Origin: an uncultured delta proteobacterium
GTDB taxonomy: Bacteria; Myxococcota_A; Polyangia; Haliangiales; Haliangiaceae
Direction: 5' to 3'
Assembly: GCA_963848295.1 (NCBI GenBank)
Contig: CAWKDB010000010.1
Coordinates: 3,584,001 to 3,648,000 of the forward strand
DNA length: 64,000 nucleotides
In this document: positions 54,431-63,749 of the stretch, piece after piece
Numbering within the stretch: position 1 is the first letter of the stretch
Layout: every line of letters begins with the position of its first letter
Notes under the pieces: generated by a model
Databases searched by the model: none
The model's input: only the letters and a program-made list of their open reading frames with translations
What the model was told of the DNA's origin: nothing
Program-made: the position numbers and the translations under genes

Positions 54431-54862
54431 CTACTGCGGGCACGGCACGGCGATCGGCGACGGGGGGTTGCACGATCGCCCGGTCCGGCAGGGGAATCGT
54501 TCGAACACGATTTCGCAGCGTGCGGGCAGGCGAATGACGACGATCGGATAGACCAGCTGGCTGTTGGCCGGGCACGGATACGGGTTCGGCGACCCTGCGC
54601 CGCACGGCACATCCGGCGAACACTCGGCCTCCGCGGTGGCGCTGCAACCGTCGGGCGTGCGGTCGACCGACCAGCGATTCGCTTCGATGCCGGTCGGCGG
54701 CGCTGCATCGATCGCAATCGGCGGCGGCGCCGCGGAGGTGGCGATCGGTGGCGGCGCCGCGGAGGTCGAGCTGTTCGCCGCAGGCGTGGGCGCGCCGCTG
54801 CACGCCGCGAGCGTCACGATGAACGGCGCGGCGAACTGGCGACGCGGCGCGCGGGCTGGCAT
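54431..54862 (-). CDS. Pro/Cys-rich lipoprotein (paralog 2)
   Basis: FAAPFIVTLAAC; C-terminal CRTGRSCNPPSPIAVPCPQ. Confidence 0.72.
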   Translation of the reverse strand: MPARAPRRQFAAPFIVTLAACSGAPTPAANSSTSAAPPPIATSAAPPPIAIDAAPPTGIEANRWSVDRTPDGCSATAEAECSPDVPCGAGSPNPYPCPANSQLVYPIVVIRLPARCEIVFERFPCRTGRSCNPPSPIAVPCPQ

Positions 54863-54871
54863 CGCCGCAGC

Positions 54872-55495
54872 TTACGGCACGCCGAGGATCTTGTGGAGCT
54901 GGAGCGACAGCCGCCAGCGCGGGCGCTCGTGGACCAGCTGCATCGTGCGAGCGAGATGCTCGGCGTAGCGCGCGTCCATGCACGGCTGCGCGAAGTAGTG
55001 ATCGCACGCGTAGCGCTCGGCGTAGCGATCGAGCGCGGCGGCATCGACGGTGTCGTCGATCACGACCTTGAGCTCGCTCGGCGCGATCCGCGACTCGAGC
55101 GCGAGCGATGCGGGATGGAACTGCGGCTTCGGCGAGATCGTCAGCCAATCGACGTGTCCGGCGACCGGACGCGTGCCGTTCGACTCCATGTGGGTCCGGA
55201 AACCGGACAGGCGCAGCGCATAGGATAAGTCGGCGTCCCATTGCAGCGTCGGCTCGCCACCGGTGACCACGACCATCCGCGCGCGATGGCGGTCGAGCGC
55301 GACGAGGCGCGCGACGATCTCGTCGGCGGTGAACCGCTCGGCGCCTTCGGGCGCGAAGTCGGTATCGCACCACGTGCACGCGAGGTTGCACGCCGCGAAG
55401 CGCAAGAAGACGCAGGGCCGGCCCGCGTGCGCCCCTTCGCCTTGCAGCGTCGGGCCGAACATCTCCTTGACGAGGTAGCGGCGGGGCTCGGACAT
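54872..55495 (-). CDS. queE: 7-carboxy-7-deazaguanine synthase (radical SAM)
   Basis: EMFGPTLQGEG, FLRFAACNLACTWCDTDF, TGGEP, ESNGT, ISPK and RLSLQLHK. Confidence 0.9.
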   Translation of the reverse strand: MSEPRRYLVKEMFGPTLQGEGAHAGRPCVFLRFAACNLACTWCDTDFAPEGAERFTADEIVARLVALDRHRARMVVVTGGEPTLQWDADLSYALRLSGFRTHMESNGTRPVAGHVDWLTISPKPQFHPASLALESRIAPSELKVVIDDTVDAAALDRYAERYACDHYFAQPCMDARYAEHLARTMQLVHERPRWRLSLQLHKILGVP

Positions 55496-55522
55496 GGGCC
55501 GAGGCGATGCTATAGCGTGGAC

Positions 55523-56464
55523 GTGGGTCGCCGCGCACTCCTCGTCATCGCTGTCGCGAGCGCGTGCGGCCAGTCGGCGCCGTCGAACGTCGAACCGGCG
55601 CCGGCGAGCCAGGCTGCACCCATCGCGAAGCCCGAGCCGACCGGCTGGACGTGCGAGCAGCAGCCGTTCGCAGCCGAGACCCCGGTGCCGGAGGCCTCCG
55701 ACGCGGGCTGGCTGACGATCGACGGCAAGTTGCAGATGCTCGTGATCGGCGACTCCGGCAATGACGGCGCGTACGGCTTGCTCGATCCCGAGACCGGCGC
55801 GACCGGTGAGCAGGGCAAGATGCCGCTCGGCGGCCCGGGCGACGACATCGAGGGCGTCTCGGTCCACGGCGATCGGATCTACGGCCTGACCTCGGCGGGC
55901 TGGATGCGCGTGTGGAAGCGTGCGGCCGCCGGCTTCGAGCTGGTCGACGGGCCTTACGCGATCGGCCCGGTGACGCTATCGAAGAAGAAGAAGGACAACG
56001 AAGCCGAGCTCGCGGGCGACGGCATGGTGTGCGACCAGAAACACTCCAACTGCGGTCGCAACTACGAGGGCCTGTGCCTCGCCGCGCATCCGACGAACGA
56101 CTGCGTCGGATTTGCGGCCGCGAAGGCCGATGGCCGCCTGTACTGCCTCGTCGAGAAAGACGGCAAGCTCGCGGTCGATCACGCGCGGGCGATCGCGATC
56201 ACGCGGCCGGGCTCGCTCGCCGACTGCACGTTCTCCGAGGACGACACGCTGTGGGCCGGCAGTAACATGTTCGATCTCGCGCACGTCTACCGCGTCACCG
56301 GCTGGGCCGATCCGGCCACGGCGAGGGTCGAGATGATCGGCCCGATGGGGATGGGCTTCCCCGAGGCGCTCGCGGTCCGCGGCGACACGTTCTGGCGGCT
56401 GTCCGACACCGGTTCCACGCCGAGCCTGATGTCGAAATTTCGTTGCACGCCCGGCAGGCGCTAA
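55523..56464 (+). CDS. Hypothetical lipoprotein, probable beta-propeller
   Basis: Lipobox ASAC; repeated DIEGV/NYEGL/FPEAL motifs. Confidence 0.65.
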   Translation: MGRRALLVIAVASACGQSAPSNVEPAPASQAAPIAKPEPTGWTCEQQPFAAETPVPEASDAGWLTIDGKLQMLVIGDSGNDGAYGLLDPETGATGEQGKMPLGGPGDDIEGVSVHGDRIYGLTSAGWMRVWKRAAAGFELVDGPYAIGPVTLSKKKKDNEAELAGDGMVCDQKHSNCGRNYEGLCLAAHPTNDCVGFAAAKADGRLYCLVEKDGKLAVDHARAIAITRPGSLADCTFSEDDTLWAGSNMFDLAHVYRVTGWADPATARVEMIGPMGMGFPEALAVRGDTFWRLSDTGSTPSLMSKFRCTPGRR

Positions 56465-56473
56465 GCTGGTCCG

Positions 56474-56950
56474 GTGCAGTGCCCTTACTGCAGTGGCGAC
56501 TCCAGCGTGACCGAGACCCGGGTCACGGCGGATGGCCTGCGCCGCCGTCGCGTGTGCACCGTGTGCAAGCGCCGGTTCACGACGTACGAGCGGCTCGGTG
56601 CGCCCGGGCTCAAGGTGCAAAAGCGCGATGGCGCGGTCGAGCCGTTCGACGGCGACAAGCTGTTCCAGTCGCTGCGCCGCGTGTCCGCCCACCGGACGAA
56701 CGTCACGGACGAAGATCTCCGGCGGATCGCGCGCGACATCGAGGCGACGCTGCTCGACAACGGCCGCAAGTCGGTCGCGTGGAGCGACCTCGTCACGCTC
56801 GCGCTCGATCGGCTCGGCAATATCGATGGCGTCGCCGCGCGACGGCTCGCCGCGAACTACACCGACGAGTCCGGCGCGGTCCGCTTCGAACGGTCCGAAG
56901 CGCCGACCGAGTCGCCACAGCTCGGCCTGCCGCTCGCCGACGACGAGTAG
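56474..56950 (+). CDS. nrdR: Transcriptional repressor NrdR (Zn ribbon + ATP cone)
   Basis: CPYC...RRRRVCTVCKRRFTTYER and VQKRDG..EPFD. Confidence 0.9.
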   Translation: MQCPYCSGDSSVTETRVTADGLRRRRVCTVCKRRFTTYERLGAPGLKVQKRDGAVEPFDGDKLFQSLRRVSAHRTNVTDEDLRRIARDIEATLLDNGRKSVAWSDLVTLALDRLGNIDGVAARRLAANYTDESGAVRFERSEAPTESPQLGLPLADDE

Positions 56951-56986
56951 TGAACGCGGCGCCGCGATCGAGTACGGTCTCGGCCG

Positions 56987-57781
56987 ATGGAAACGCCGAC
57001 CGCCGAGAGCCAGCGCGTCTTTGCCCCCGGGATCCTGCGCGATCGCGTCGCGATCGTCACCGGCGGCGGCTCGGGCATCGGGCTCGCGACCGCCGCGGAG
57101 CTCGGCCGGCTCGGCGCGAAGCTCGCGATCTGCGGTCGCACGCAAGCCAAGCTCGACACCGCGAAGCAAGAGCTCGGCGCCGATTGCCTCGCGCTGCCGT
57201 GCGATATCCGCGAGCCCGCGCAGGTCGAAGCGTTCGTCGGCGAAGTGCTCGCGCGGTTCGGCCGCATCGATATTCTGATCAACAACGCGGGCGGTCAGTT
57301 TCCGTCGCCGGCGCAGCTGATCTCGCCGAATGGATTTCTCGCGGTCGTGAAGAACAACCTCGTCGGCACGTTCCACATGTGTCGCGAGGTCGCGAACCGC
57401 TGGATGATCGCGCACGGCGGCCGGATCATCAACGTCACGGCGAACACGTACCGGGGCTTCCCCGGCATGGCGCACACCGGCGCGGCGCGCGCGGGCGTCG
57501 AGAACCTGACGATGACGCTCGCCGTCGAGTGGGCGCAGTTCGGGATCCTCGTCAACGCGGTCGCCCCCGGCATCATCAAGTCGAGCGGCACGGCGCAGTA
57601 TCCGCCGCAGCTGCTCGAGCGCGGCGTGACCGAGACCCCGCTCAAGCGCACCGGCACGGTCGAAGAGGTCGCGGCCTCGATCGTGTTCCTGGCGTCGCCG
57701 GCGGCGAGCTTCATCTCGGGTGCGACGCTGCGCATCGACGGTGCGCAAGCGCTGTGGGGCCACACCTGGGAGATCCCGTAA
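56987..57781 (+). CDS. SDR oxidoreductase (trans-2-enoyl/2,4-dienoyl-CoA reductase-like)
   Basis: TGGGSGIG, NNAGGQF and HTGAARAGV. Confidence 0.88.
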   Translation: METPTAESQRVFAPGILRDRVAIVTGGGSGIGLATAAELGRLGAKLAICGRTQAKLDTAKQELGADCLALPCDIREPAQVEAFVGEVLARFGRIDILINNAGGQFPSPAQLISPNGFLAVVKNNLVGTFHMCREVANRWMIAHGGRIINVTANTYRGFPGMAHTGAARAGVENLTMTLAVEWAQFGILVNAVAPGIIKSSGTAQYPPQLLERGVTETPLKRTGTVEEVAASIVFLASPAASFISGATLRIDGAQALWGHTWEIP

Positions 57782-58548
57782 TGGACCTCGGGCTGGCCGG
57801 CAAGGCATGCCTCGTCGCGGGTGCGAGTCGCGGCATCGGCCGATCGATCGCGCTCGCGCTCGCACGCGAAGGAGCCGACGTGCTCGCGGTGGCGCGCGGC
57901 GCCGGCGATCTCGAGACGATCAGCGGCGAGCTCGCGGCCGCCGGCGGTCGCCACGCGACGGTCGTCGCCGATGTCGCGACGAGCGATGGCGCCGAGGTCG
58001 CGATCGCAACGGTGGTCGAGGCGTTCGGCCGGCTCGATGCGGTCGTGTGCAACGTCGGCAAGTCGTTCGCGCGCGAGGCGGCGGCGATGGACGACGCCGA
58101 TCTGACGAAGTCGCTCGACGCGAATCTATGGTCGGCGGTGCGCGTCGCGCAGCGCGCGGTACCGCACCTGACCGCAGCCGGCGGTGGCTCGATCACGCTG
58201 ATCTCGTCGGTCTACGGTCGCGAAGCCGGCGGTGCGCCTGGCTACAACATCGCGAAGGCCGCGGTGATCGCGATGGCCAAGGCGATGGCGCGCGACTACG
58301 CGAAGCACGGCATCCGGGTCAACAGCGTCGCGCCGGGCTCGATCGTGTTCCCGGGCAGCGGTTGGGATCGCCGGCAGCAGGCCGACCCGGCGGTGATCGC
58401 CGACATGATCCGCCGCGAGCTGCCGTTCGGTCGGTTCGGCGCGCCCGAGGAGGTCGCCGATGCGGTCGCGTTCGTCGCGTCGCCCCGCGCGCGCTGGATC
58501 AGCGGCGCGTGCCTCGTCGTCGACGGCGCGCAGTCTCGTAGTTTCTAG
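57781..58548 (+). CDS. SDR oxidoreductase (FabG-like)
   Basis: GASRGIG, YNIAK and NSVAPGS; TAATG overlap with the upstream SDR. Confidence 0.88.
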   Translation: MDLGLAGKACLVAGASRGIGRSIALALAREGADVLAVARGAGDLETISGELAAAGGRHATVVADVATSDGAEVAIATVVEAFGRLDAVVCNVGKSFAREAAAMDDADLTKSLDANLWSAVRVAQRAVPHLTAAGGGSITLISSVYGREAGGAPGYNIAKAAVIAMAKAMARDYAKHGIRVNSVAPGSIVFPGSGWDRRQQADPAVIADMIRRELPFGRFGAPEEVADAVAFVASPRARWISGACLVVDGAQSRSF

Positions 58549-58583
58549 GAATTGCCGACGGCCACCGCCGGTTTGGAGTGCCG

Positions 58584-61241
58584 ATGAACAAGAGGGTCGT
58601 CGCAGGGGTCATTGCGGTTGTCGCGGGGTGCATCGTGTTTCTGCTGTGGCATCGCCGCGGCCCATCGATCATCGCACCGCTACCCGCCGCCGCCGTCGCG
58701 CGGCCGGCGCTGCCGCCCGCCGCGGCGAACGCGCCCGAGGCGAAGGCCCGCGCGGACGTGACGGTGCGCGACGACCGTGGGCCGATCGCCGGAGCGATCG
58801 TGCGATTCGCGCCGGTTGGCGGCGAGGTCGTGGTCGCGCGCACCGGCGCGGACGGCGTCGCGCACGCCGACGACCTGGTCGCCGGGACCTGGAAGATCAG
58901 CGCGTCGGCACCCGGCCACGAGCCCGCGGCGCTCGCGCCTCGAGCGATCGCTCCCGCCGAGACCGCGGCGCTCGCGCTGACGTTGGCGATCGGCGGCCGT
59001 ACGCTCGCCGGGACCGTGATCGACGCGACCGGCGGTCCGATCTCCGGCGCGCGGATCGACGCGGCGCACGTCGGCGCCGGCGCGAAGCTCGCCGACGCGG
59101 TCTCGAGCGCGCTGACCGGCGGCGACGGCAAGTATCAGCTGACGGTCGCGGAAGGGCAGGCGGTCGTCGCCGCGAGCTCGCCCGACTATGCGCCGCAAGC
59201 GCGCTACGTCCAGATCGGACCGCCGGGCGCGACCGCAGATTTCGCGCTCGTGCCCGGTGGCGTCGTCGAAGGTGTCGTGCGCGACGAGCATTCGCGCGAG
59301 CCCGTGCCTGGCGCCGAGGTCGAGGCGGCGCGCGATGCGCCGACGATGATGCTCGGTGAAGCGTCACATCACCGCGTGGTGGCGACGGCGGACGGCCGTT
59401 TCCGCGTCACCGGGTTGCGGCCGGGCGCGTACGTGTTGAACGCGAAGCTCGGACCGCGGAGGTCGCGCGAGCCGACGCGCGTCGGCTTGGGCGTCGCCGA
59501 GCAAGCGGGTGGTGTCGAGATCCTCGTCGGCGTCGGACCGGCGATCCGCGGCGTCGCGGTCGACGAAGCGGGCGTCGCTCAGGCGGGCGTCGAGATCCAG
59601 ACGTTCGAAGCCGATGCGAGCGCGAAGACCGATGGCCAGGGCGCGTTCGCGCTGGAAGGCCTGCCGCCCGGCCAGTACGGGCTGTTCGGCGCGCGCGCCG
59701 ATCTCGTTCCGGTCAGCCCGGTCGCGGTCCAGCTCGGTGGCAAGGACGTCGACGGCGTGCGCGTGATCCTGCGCAGTGGGGTGAAGGTCGTCGGCCGGGT
59801 CGAGCCGCGTGAGGTGTGCGACGTGGCGATCCGCGTCGGCGAGATGATGGGGCCCCAGCTCTACACGAAGGTCGATCCGGTGACGACCGGCGACGACGGT
59901 GTGTTCGCGCTCGGCCCGGTCGCGCCGGGCGACGGCAAGATCACGGCGCATTGCGCGAACGGCGACCTCGGCGAGCAGGCCGTACACGTCGCGAACGCGA
60001 TGGGCGAGATCGTCGTCACGGTCTCGTCGAGCGCGTCGATCGCAGGCCACCTCGTCGATGGAACGGGCGAGCCGATCGCCGGCGCCACCGTGATCGCGAA
60101 CCCGCGCGTCGCGAGCGATGAAGCGACGATCGTGAACGGGATGATCACGAGCGGCGTCCAGGCGCATGTCGACGATACCGGCGCGTTCGAGCTCACCGGC
60201 TTGGCGGCCGGCACGTATCGACTCGGCGCACTCGACGCCGGGCGGCCGCTGCCTCCGTCGGGCAAACCCCTCGAGGTCACGGTCGCTGCGAACGAGCACA
60301 AGACCGGGATCATCGTCGCGGCCGATCGCGCGAACGGCGTGATCGAAGGGGTCGTCACGAGCGCCGATGGCAGACCACTCGCCGATGCGTGGGTCTCGGT
60401 CCATCAAGAGCTCGACGACATGATCGCGGGCTTGCTCGGTGAGCAAGGTGAGGGCGAGGGCGATCACGAGTCGCGATCGATCACCGTCAACAACAGCGAC
60501 GGTGGTGGCGGTCTCGGCGATGTCGCGCCGGTGCTCACCGATGCGACCGGCCACTTCAAGCTCGTCGGCTTGCCGCGCGTGCCGTGGACGGTGACCGCCG
60601 AGGCGCAAGCTGGCGGGCTCCGCGGACGTCAGCTCGAGGTCACGCCCGACGCGCAGGTGACGATCCACGTGCTCGGCGTCACCGAGCTCCGCGGCATCGC
60701 GCACGGAGCGAGCGGACCGGCGACGCTATGTACCGTCACGTTGACCGGCCCGACGCACGCGCAACAGAGCTTCGCGAACCCGGATGGCTCGTTCTCGTTT
60801 CCGCGCGTCGACCCCGGCGCCTACACCGTTCACGTCGAGTCCGATCTCGGCAACGGCGATGCGACCGCGCAGGTCGTCGCCGGTCAGACCGCGAGCGTCG
60901 ACATCACGCTTGCCGCGAACGCGATCGTGATCGGCACGGTTGTCGACAGCAGTGGCCAGCTGGTCGCCGGCGTTCCGATCGCGATCGTGCCGGCATCACC
61001 CGACGGTCGGATCAGCGTTTCGCTATCCGGGCCACCGCCGACGACCGGACCCGATGGCCGGTTCCGGGTCGAGACCAAGGCGGGGCCGAGCGCGCTCGTC
61101 GCGATGGTGAGGCCCAAGCCGGTCGTGAAGAACAACCTGCCGCTGCAAGCCGGCCAGACCTACGATGTCGGCAACGTCGTCGTCGATGCACCGACGGCGC
61201 AGGGCTCGGGGCAACCACCGCCGCGCCCGCCGGGTAGTTAG
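58584..61241 (+). CDS. Membrane-anchored protein with multiple carboxypeptidase-regulatory-like (beta-sandwich) repeats
   Basis: Repeated G-x-V-x-D...G-x-P...T-x-x-x-G-x-F...L-x-P-G-x-Y units. Confidence 0.8.
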   Translation: MNKRVVAGVIAVVAGCIVFLLWHRRGPSIIAPLPAAAVARPALPPAAANAPEAKARADVTVRDDRGPIAGAIVRFAPVGGEVVVARTGADGVAHADDLVAGTWKISASAPGHEPAALAPRAIAPAETAALALTLAIGGRTLAGTVIDATGGPISGARIDAAHVGAGAKLADAVSSALTGGDGKYQLTVAEGQAVVAASSPDYAPQARYVQIGPPGATADFALVPGGVVEGVVRDEHSREPVPGAEVEAARDAPTMMLGEASHHRVVATADGRFRVTGLRPGAYVLNAKLGPRRSREPTRVGLGVAEQAGGVEILVGVGPAIRGVAVDEAGVAQAGVEIQTFEADASAKTDGQGAFALEGLPPGQYGLFGARADLVPVSPVAVQLGGKDVDGVRVILRSGVKVVGRVEPREVCDVAIRVGEMMGPQLYTKVDPVTTGDDGVFALGPVAPGDGKITAHCANGDLGEQAVHVANAMGEIVVTVSSSASIAGHLVDGTGEPIAGATVIANPRVASDEATIVNGMITSGVQAHVDDTGAFELTGLAAGTYRLGALDAGRPLPPSGKPLEVTVAANEHKTGIIVAADRANGVIEGVVTSADGRPLADAWVSVHQELDDMIAGLLGEQGEGEGDHESRSITVNNSDGGGGLGDVAPVLTDATGHFKLVGLPRVPWTVTAEAQAGGLRGRQLEVTPDAQVTIHVLGVTELRGIAHGASGPATLCTVTLTGPTHAQQSFANPDGSFSFPRVDPGAYTVHVESDLGNGDATAQVVAGQTASVDITLAANAIVIGTVVDSSGQLVAGVPIAIVPASPDGRISVSLSGPPPTTGPDGRFRVETKAGPSALVAMVRPKPVVKNNLPLQAGQTYDVGNVVVDAPTAQGSGQPPPRPPGS

Positions 61242-61906
61242 CTCGCCGCCGACGCGAGCAGGGTCCACGCGAGCTGCTGATGCTTCATCAGGCGCTCGGT
61301 CGCGGCGTCGAGGGAGGTACGCTCGTTTGCAGCAAGCGTCTTTTCGATCTGCGCGTACAGCGCGTTGAGGCGAAGGTTCTCGGCGACGCGCCGGGGCTGC
61401 TCGACCGGCGCGCTCGGCTTGGCGACCGGCATGAACGGGCGCTGGATCAGCGCGACCTCGTCTTGGGTCAGGCCCGAGGTCAGCATCCAGTCCATCAGCG
61501 GGCCTTGCTTGACGTCGGCGAGCCGGATGAAGTCGTTCTGCTCGGCGACGCGCTTGACGAGCGCGTGGGCTCCCGACGCATCGATCATCGTGGCCGCCGC
61601 GCACAGGTGGCCGTCGCGATCGCGCCACACGTTCGCGATGCCCGTGGTGAACGTGTTGCTCGGAAAGCTGCCGCGCCGCACGTACGCTTCGAACGCGGCG
61701 ATGTTGCGCGCACGTGCCGTCGTCAGCGCGGCGCGGATGTGGTCGCGATCGAGCACGAGCTCGGGCTCGCGTTGGCTCGGTTCGGTCGCGACAACCCCGG
61801 CAGGCGGCTGAGCGAAGCGATGGGGCGGAGCGAACGACCGGTCCGCGTGCGAGACCGACGACAACGAGCCGAGGACAACCGCGCAGGCCAGGGTGAATCG
61901 CAGCAT
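61238..61906 (-). CDS. Hypothetical secreted protein
   Basis: Signal peptide; FPSN, WRDRDGHLCA and SGLTQDEVALIQ. Confidence 0.65.
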   Translation of the reverse strand: MLRFTLACAVVLGSLSSVSHADRSFAPPHRFAQPPAGVVATEPSQREPELVLDRDHIRAALTTARARNIAAFEAYVRRGSFPSNTFTTGIANVWRDRDGHLCAAATMIDASGAHALVKRVAEQNDFIRLADVKQGPLMDWMLTSGLTQDEVALIQRPFMPVAKPSAPVEQPRRVAENLRLNALYAQIEKTLAANERTSLDAATERLMKHQQLAWTLLASAAS

Positions 61907-61952
61907 GCGAATTGAAACGCCCGACCTGCGCCCGCGGTCTATCCGCCAAGGG

Positions 61953-62080
61953 AGGGACGGTGTTCACTTTGACAACCAACTAAGACGCTCGGTTGACAAA
62001 GTGAACACCGTCCCCAGCTAAGCGCGCTGAATCGTTGATGACACCGCGGGCGCTTGGTTGACAGAGTGAACACCGTCCCC
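61953..62080. repeat. Three copies of the 25-bp repeat: 61953-61977 forward; 61991-62015 and 62056-62080 reverse
   Basis: 61991-62015 is the exact reverse complement of 32276-32300. The first two copies form an inverted pair with a 13-nt loop. Confidence 0.92.
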
Positions 62081-63148
62081 GATGTAGGCGGAGGCGGGGC
62101 GGATGAGCTTGCCGACGCGGCGTTGCTCGATGACGTGGGCCGACCAGCCGGCGATCCGGCCGACGGCGAAGGTCGCGGAGAATTGTTCGCGCGAGAGGCC
62201 GACGGCGTCGAGCAACACCGCGGTGTAGAACTCGACGTTCGCGGCGAGCGGGCGATCTGGTTTGCGTTCGCGCAGGATCTTCGCCGCTGCAGCTTCGACG
62301 CCGCGCGCGAGAGCGAGCCGATCGCCGGCGAGGCTGCGGACCGCCGTCTCGAGCACGGCGGCGCGTGGATCACGCACTCGATAGATGCGATGCCCCATGC
62401 CCATGATGCGATGGCCGGCGGCGAGCTCGGCGAGCAACCACGCCTCGGCGTGCTCGGCCGAGCCGACCGCATCGAGCATGTCGAGCACCGGCCCGGGCGC
62501 GCCGCCATGGAGCGGGCCCTTGAGCGCGCCGACCGCCGCAACGACGGCGGAGATCAGGTCGCTCGCGGTCGAGGTCACGACCCGCGCGGTGAAGGTCGAG
62601 GCGTTCATGCCGTGGTCGATCACGGTGACGAGATACGCGTCGAGAGCGCGCGCGGCATCGCGAGTCGGCGTGGTGCCTATCGTCATCCGGAGGTAGTCGG
62701 TCGCGTGATCCAGAGCAGGATCCGGTGCTATCGGGCGCTGGCCGGTGCGCGTGCGATGCCACGCGGCGACGAACACGGGCGCTGCGCCGATCGCGGCGAT
62801 CGCATCGCGCACGTCATCGCCGACCGAGCGTAGGTGAGCGAGTGCGGCGCGCAGCGCGTCCATCGCGAGCGGCGCGGCGAGCGCATCGCCGAGCTGGTCG
62901 AGCATGGTGAACGCGGCGACCCGCGCGATGCCGAGCGCATCCGGCAACGTCGCCGGATCGACATTGGCGCCACCGGCGGCGAGCACGCGCGCCGCCGCGT
63001 CGGCGAACGAGCCGGTCGTCGCGAGTTGTTCGACATCGATGCCGGCGATCACGAGCCGGCCGCGTTCGCCATCGACGTCCGAGATCGCAGTGTGTGCCGC
63101 AACGACGCCTTCGAGCCCGGAGCTAGACGCTGTGGTCGGTTCGGTCAT
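62018..63148 (-). CDS. Citrate synthase / 2-methylcitrate synthase
   Basis: GLEGVVA, DHGMNASTFTAR, GPLHGGA, MGMGHRIYRVRDPRA, NVEFY and LIRP. Confidence 0.92.
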   Translation of the reverse strand: MTEPTTASSSGLEGVVAAHTAISDVDGERGRLVIAGIDVEQLATTGSFADAAARVLAAGGANVDPATLPDALGIARVAAFTMLDQLGDALAAPLAMDALRAALAHLRSVGDDVRDAIAAIGAAPVFVAAWHRTRTGQRPIAPDPALDHATDYLRMTIGTTPTRDAARALDAYLVTVIDHGMNASTFTARVVTSTASDLISAVVAAVGALKGPLHGGAPGPVLDMLDAVGSAEHAEAWLLAELAAGHRIMGMGHRIYRVRDPRAAVLETAVRSLAGDRLALARGVEAAAAKILRERKPDRPLAANVEFYTAVLLDAVGLSREQFSATFAVGRIAGWSAHVIEQRRVGKLIRPASAYIGDGVHSVNQAPAVSSTIQRA

Positions 63149-63183
63149 GATCGCCTCCTACCCGCGATGTACGGCTTGAGCTA

Positions 63184-63213
63184 ACGTTGATCAACGTAGA
63201 ATCGACAATCAAC
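63184..63213. promoter_or_regulatory. Palindromic operator candidate upstream of citrate synthase
   Basis: Perfect 14-bp palindrome ACGTTGATCAACGT (63184-63197), plus ATCGAC and ATCAAC half-sites downstream. Confidence 0.5.
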
Positions 63214-63269
63214 CTTTGGCCCGATCCACAGCCGATCGACCGTCGTCGGAACCCGGGCTACCCTCGGGC

Positions 63270-63629
63270 GTGGGGCTGTTTCTCATCACCTCGCTCGCCG
63301 CGTGGCGGGCGGCCCAGACCGCCGGTGAGTACAGGCCGGCGTCGCTGGCGACCGAAGGCTTCATCCATCTGTCGACCGATCGCCAGTGGCTGCGCACCGC
63401 GAACCGGTTCTTCCGAGGCCAGCACGGGCTGGTCTTGCTGTCGATCCGCCGCGACGCGCTGACCGCGCCGCTCCAGTTCGAGCCCGCCGACGGCGACGAG
63501 TTCCCGCACTTGTACGGCGTCCTCGATCTCGACGCGGTCGTCCAGGTGTGCGCGCTGCCGGTCGCGGACGACGGCGAGATCGGTATCCCACCTGCGCTCG
63601 CACCATGGCGGCACTACTTCACCCGGTGA
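63270..63629 (+). CDS. DUF952 family protein
   Basis: SLATEGFIHLST, ANRFF and FPHLYG. Confidence 0.88.
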   Translation: MGLFLITSLAAWRAAQTAGEYRPASLATEGFIHLSTDRQWLRTANRFFRGQHGLVLLSIRRDALTAPLQFEPADGDEFPHLYGVLDLDAVVQVCALPVADDGEIGIPPALAPWRHYFTR

Positions 63630-63721
63630 TTTCCACGGTGGTCGCGACGTCACGGTCGCAGTTTTTCGAGGCTCGACCGAAGCCACTGCGCGATTCGGGC
63701 GCGGCTTCGACTACTTGGCCC

Positions 63722-63737
63722 GGGCACGCGGGTTGCT
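63722..63737 (+). promoter_or_regulatory. Putative sigma-54 promoter
   Basis: GGGCACGCGGGTTGCT matches GGCAC-N5-TTGC, ending 12 nt before ATG 63750. Confidence 0.55.
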
Positions 63738-63749
63738 CTAGTCCCGTGC

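Noticed and set aside
54872..55495. Radical SAM RiPP maturase acting on the neighbouring Cys-rich small proteins, or a 7-deazaguanine DNA-modification island
   Set aside because: The sequence is a typical short QueE with no SPASM or RRE domain, the neighbours have lipoprotein signals, and no dpd genes are present.
61991..62025. Sigma-70 promoters formed by TTGACA in the repeats
   Set aside because: No acceptable -10 hexamer lies 16-18 nt downstream in the copies checked (32528, 61993).
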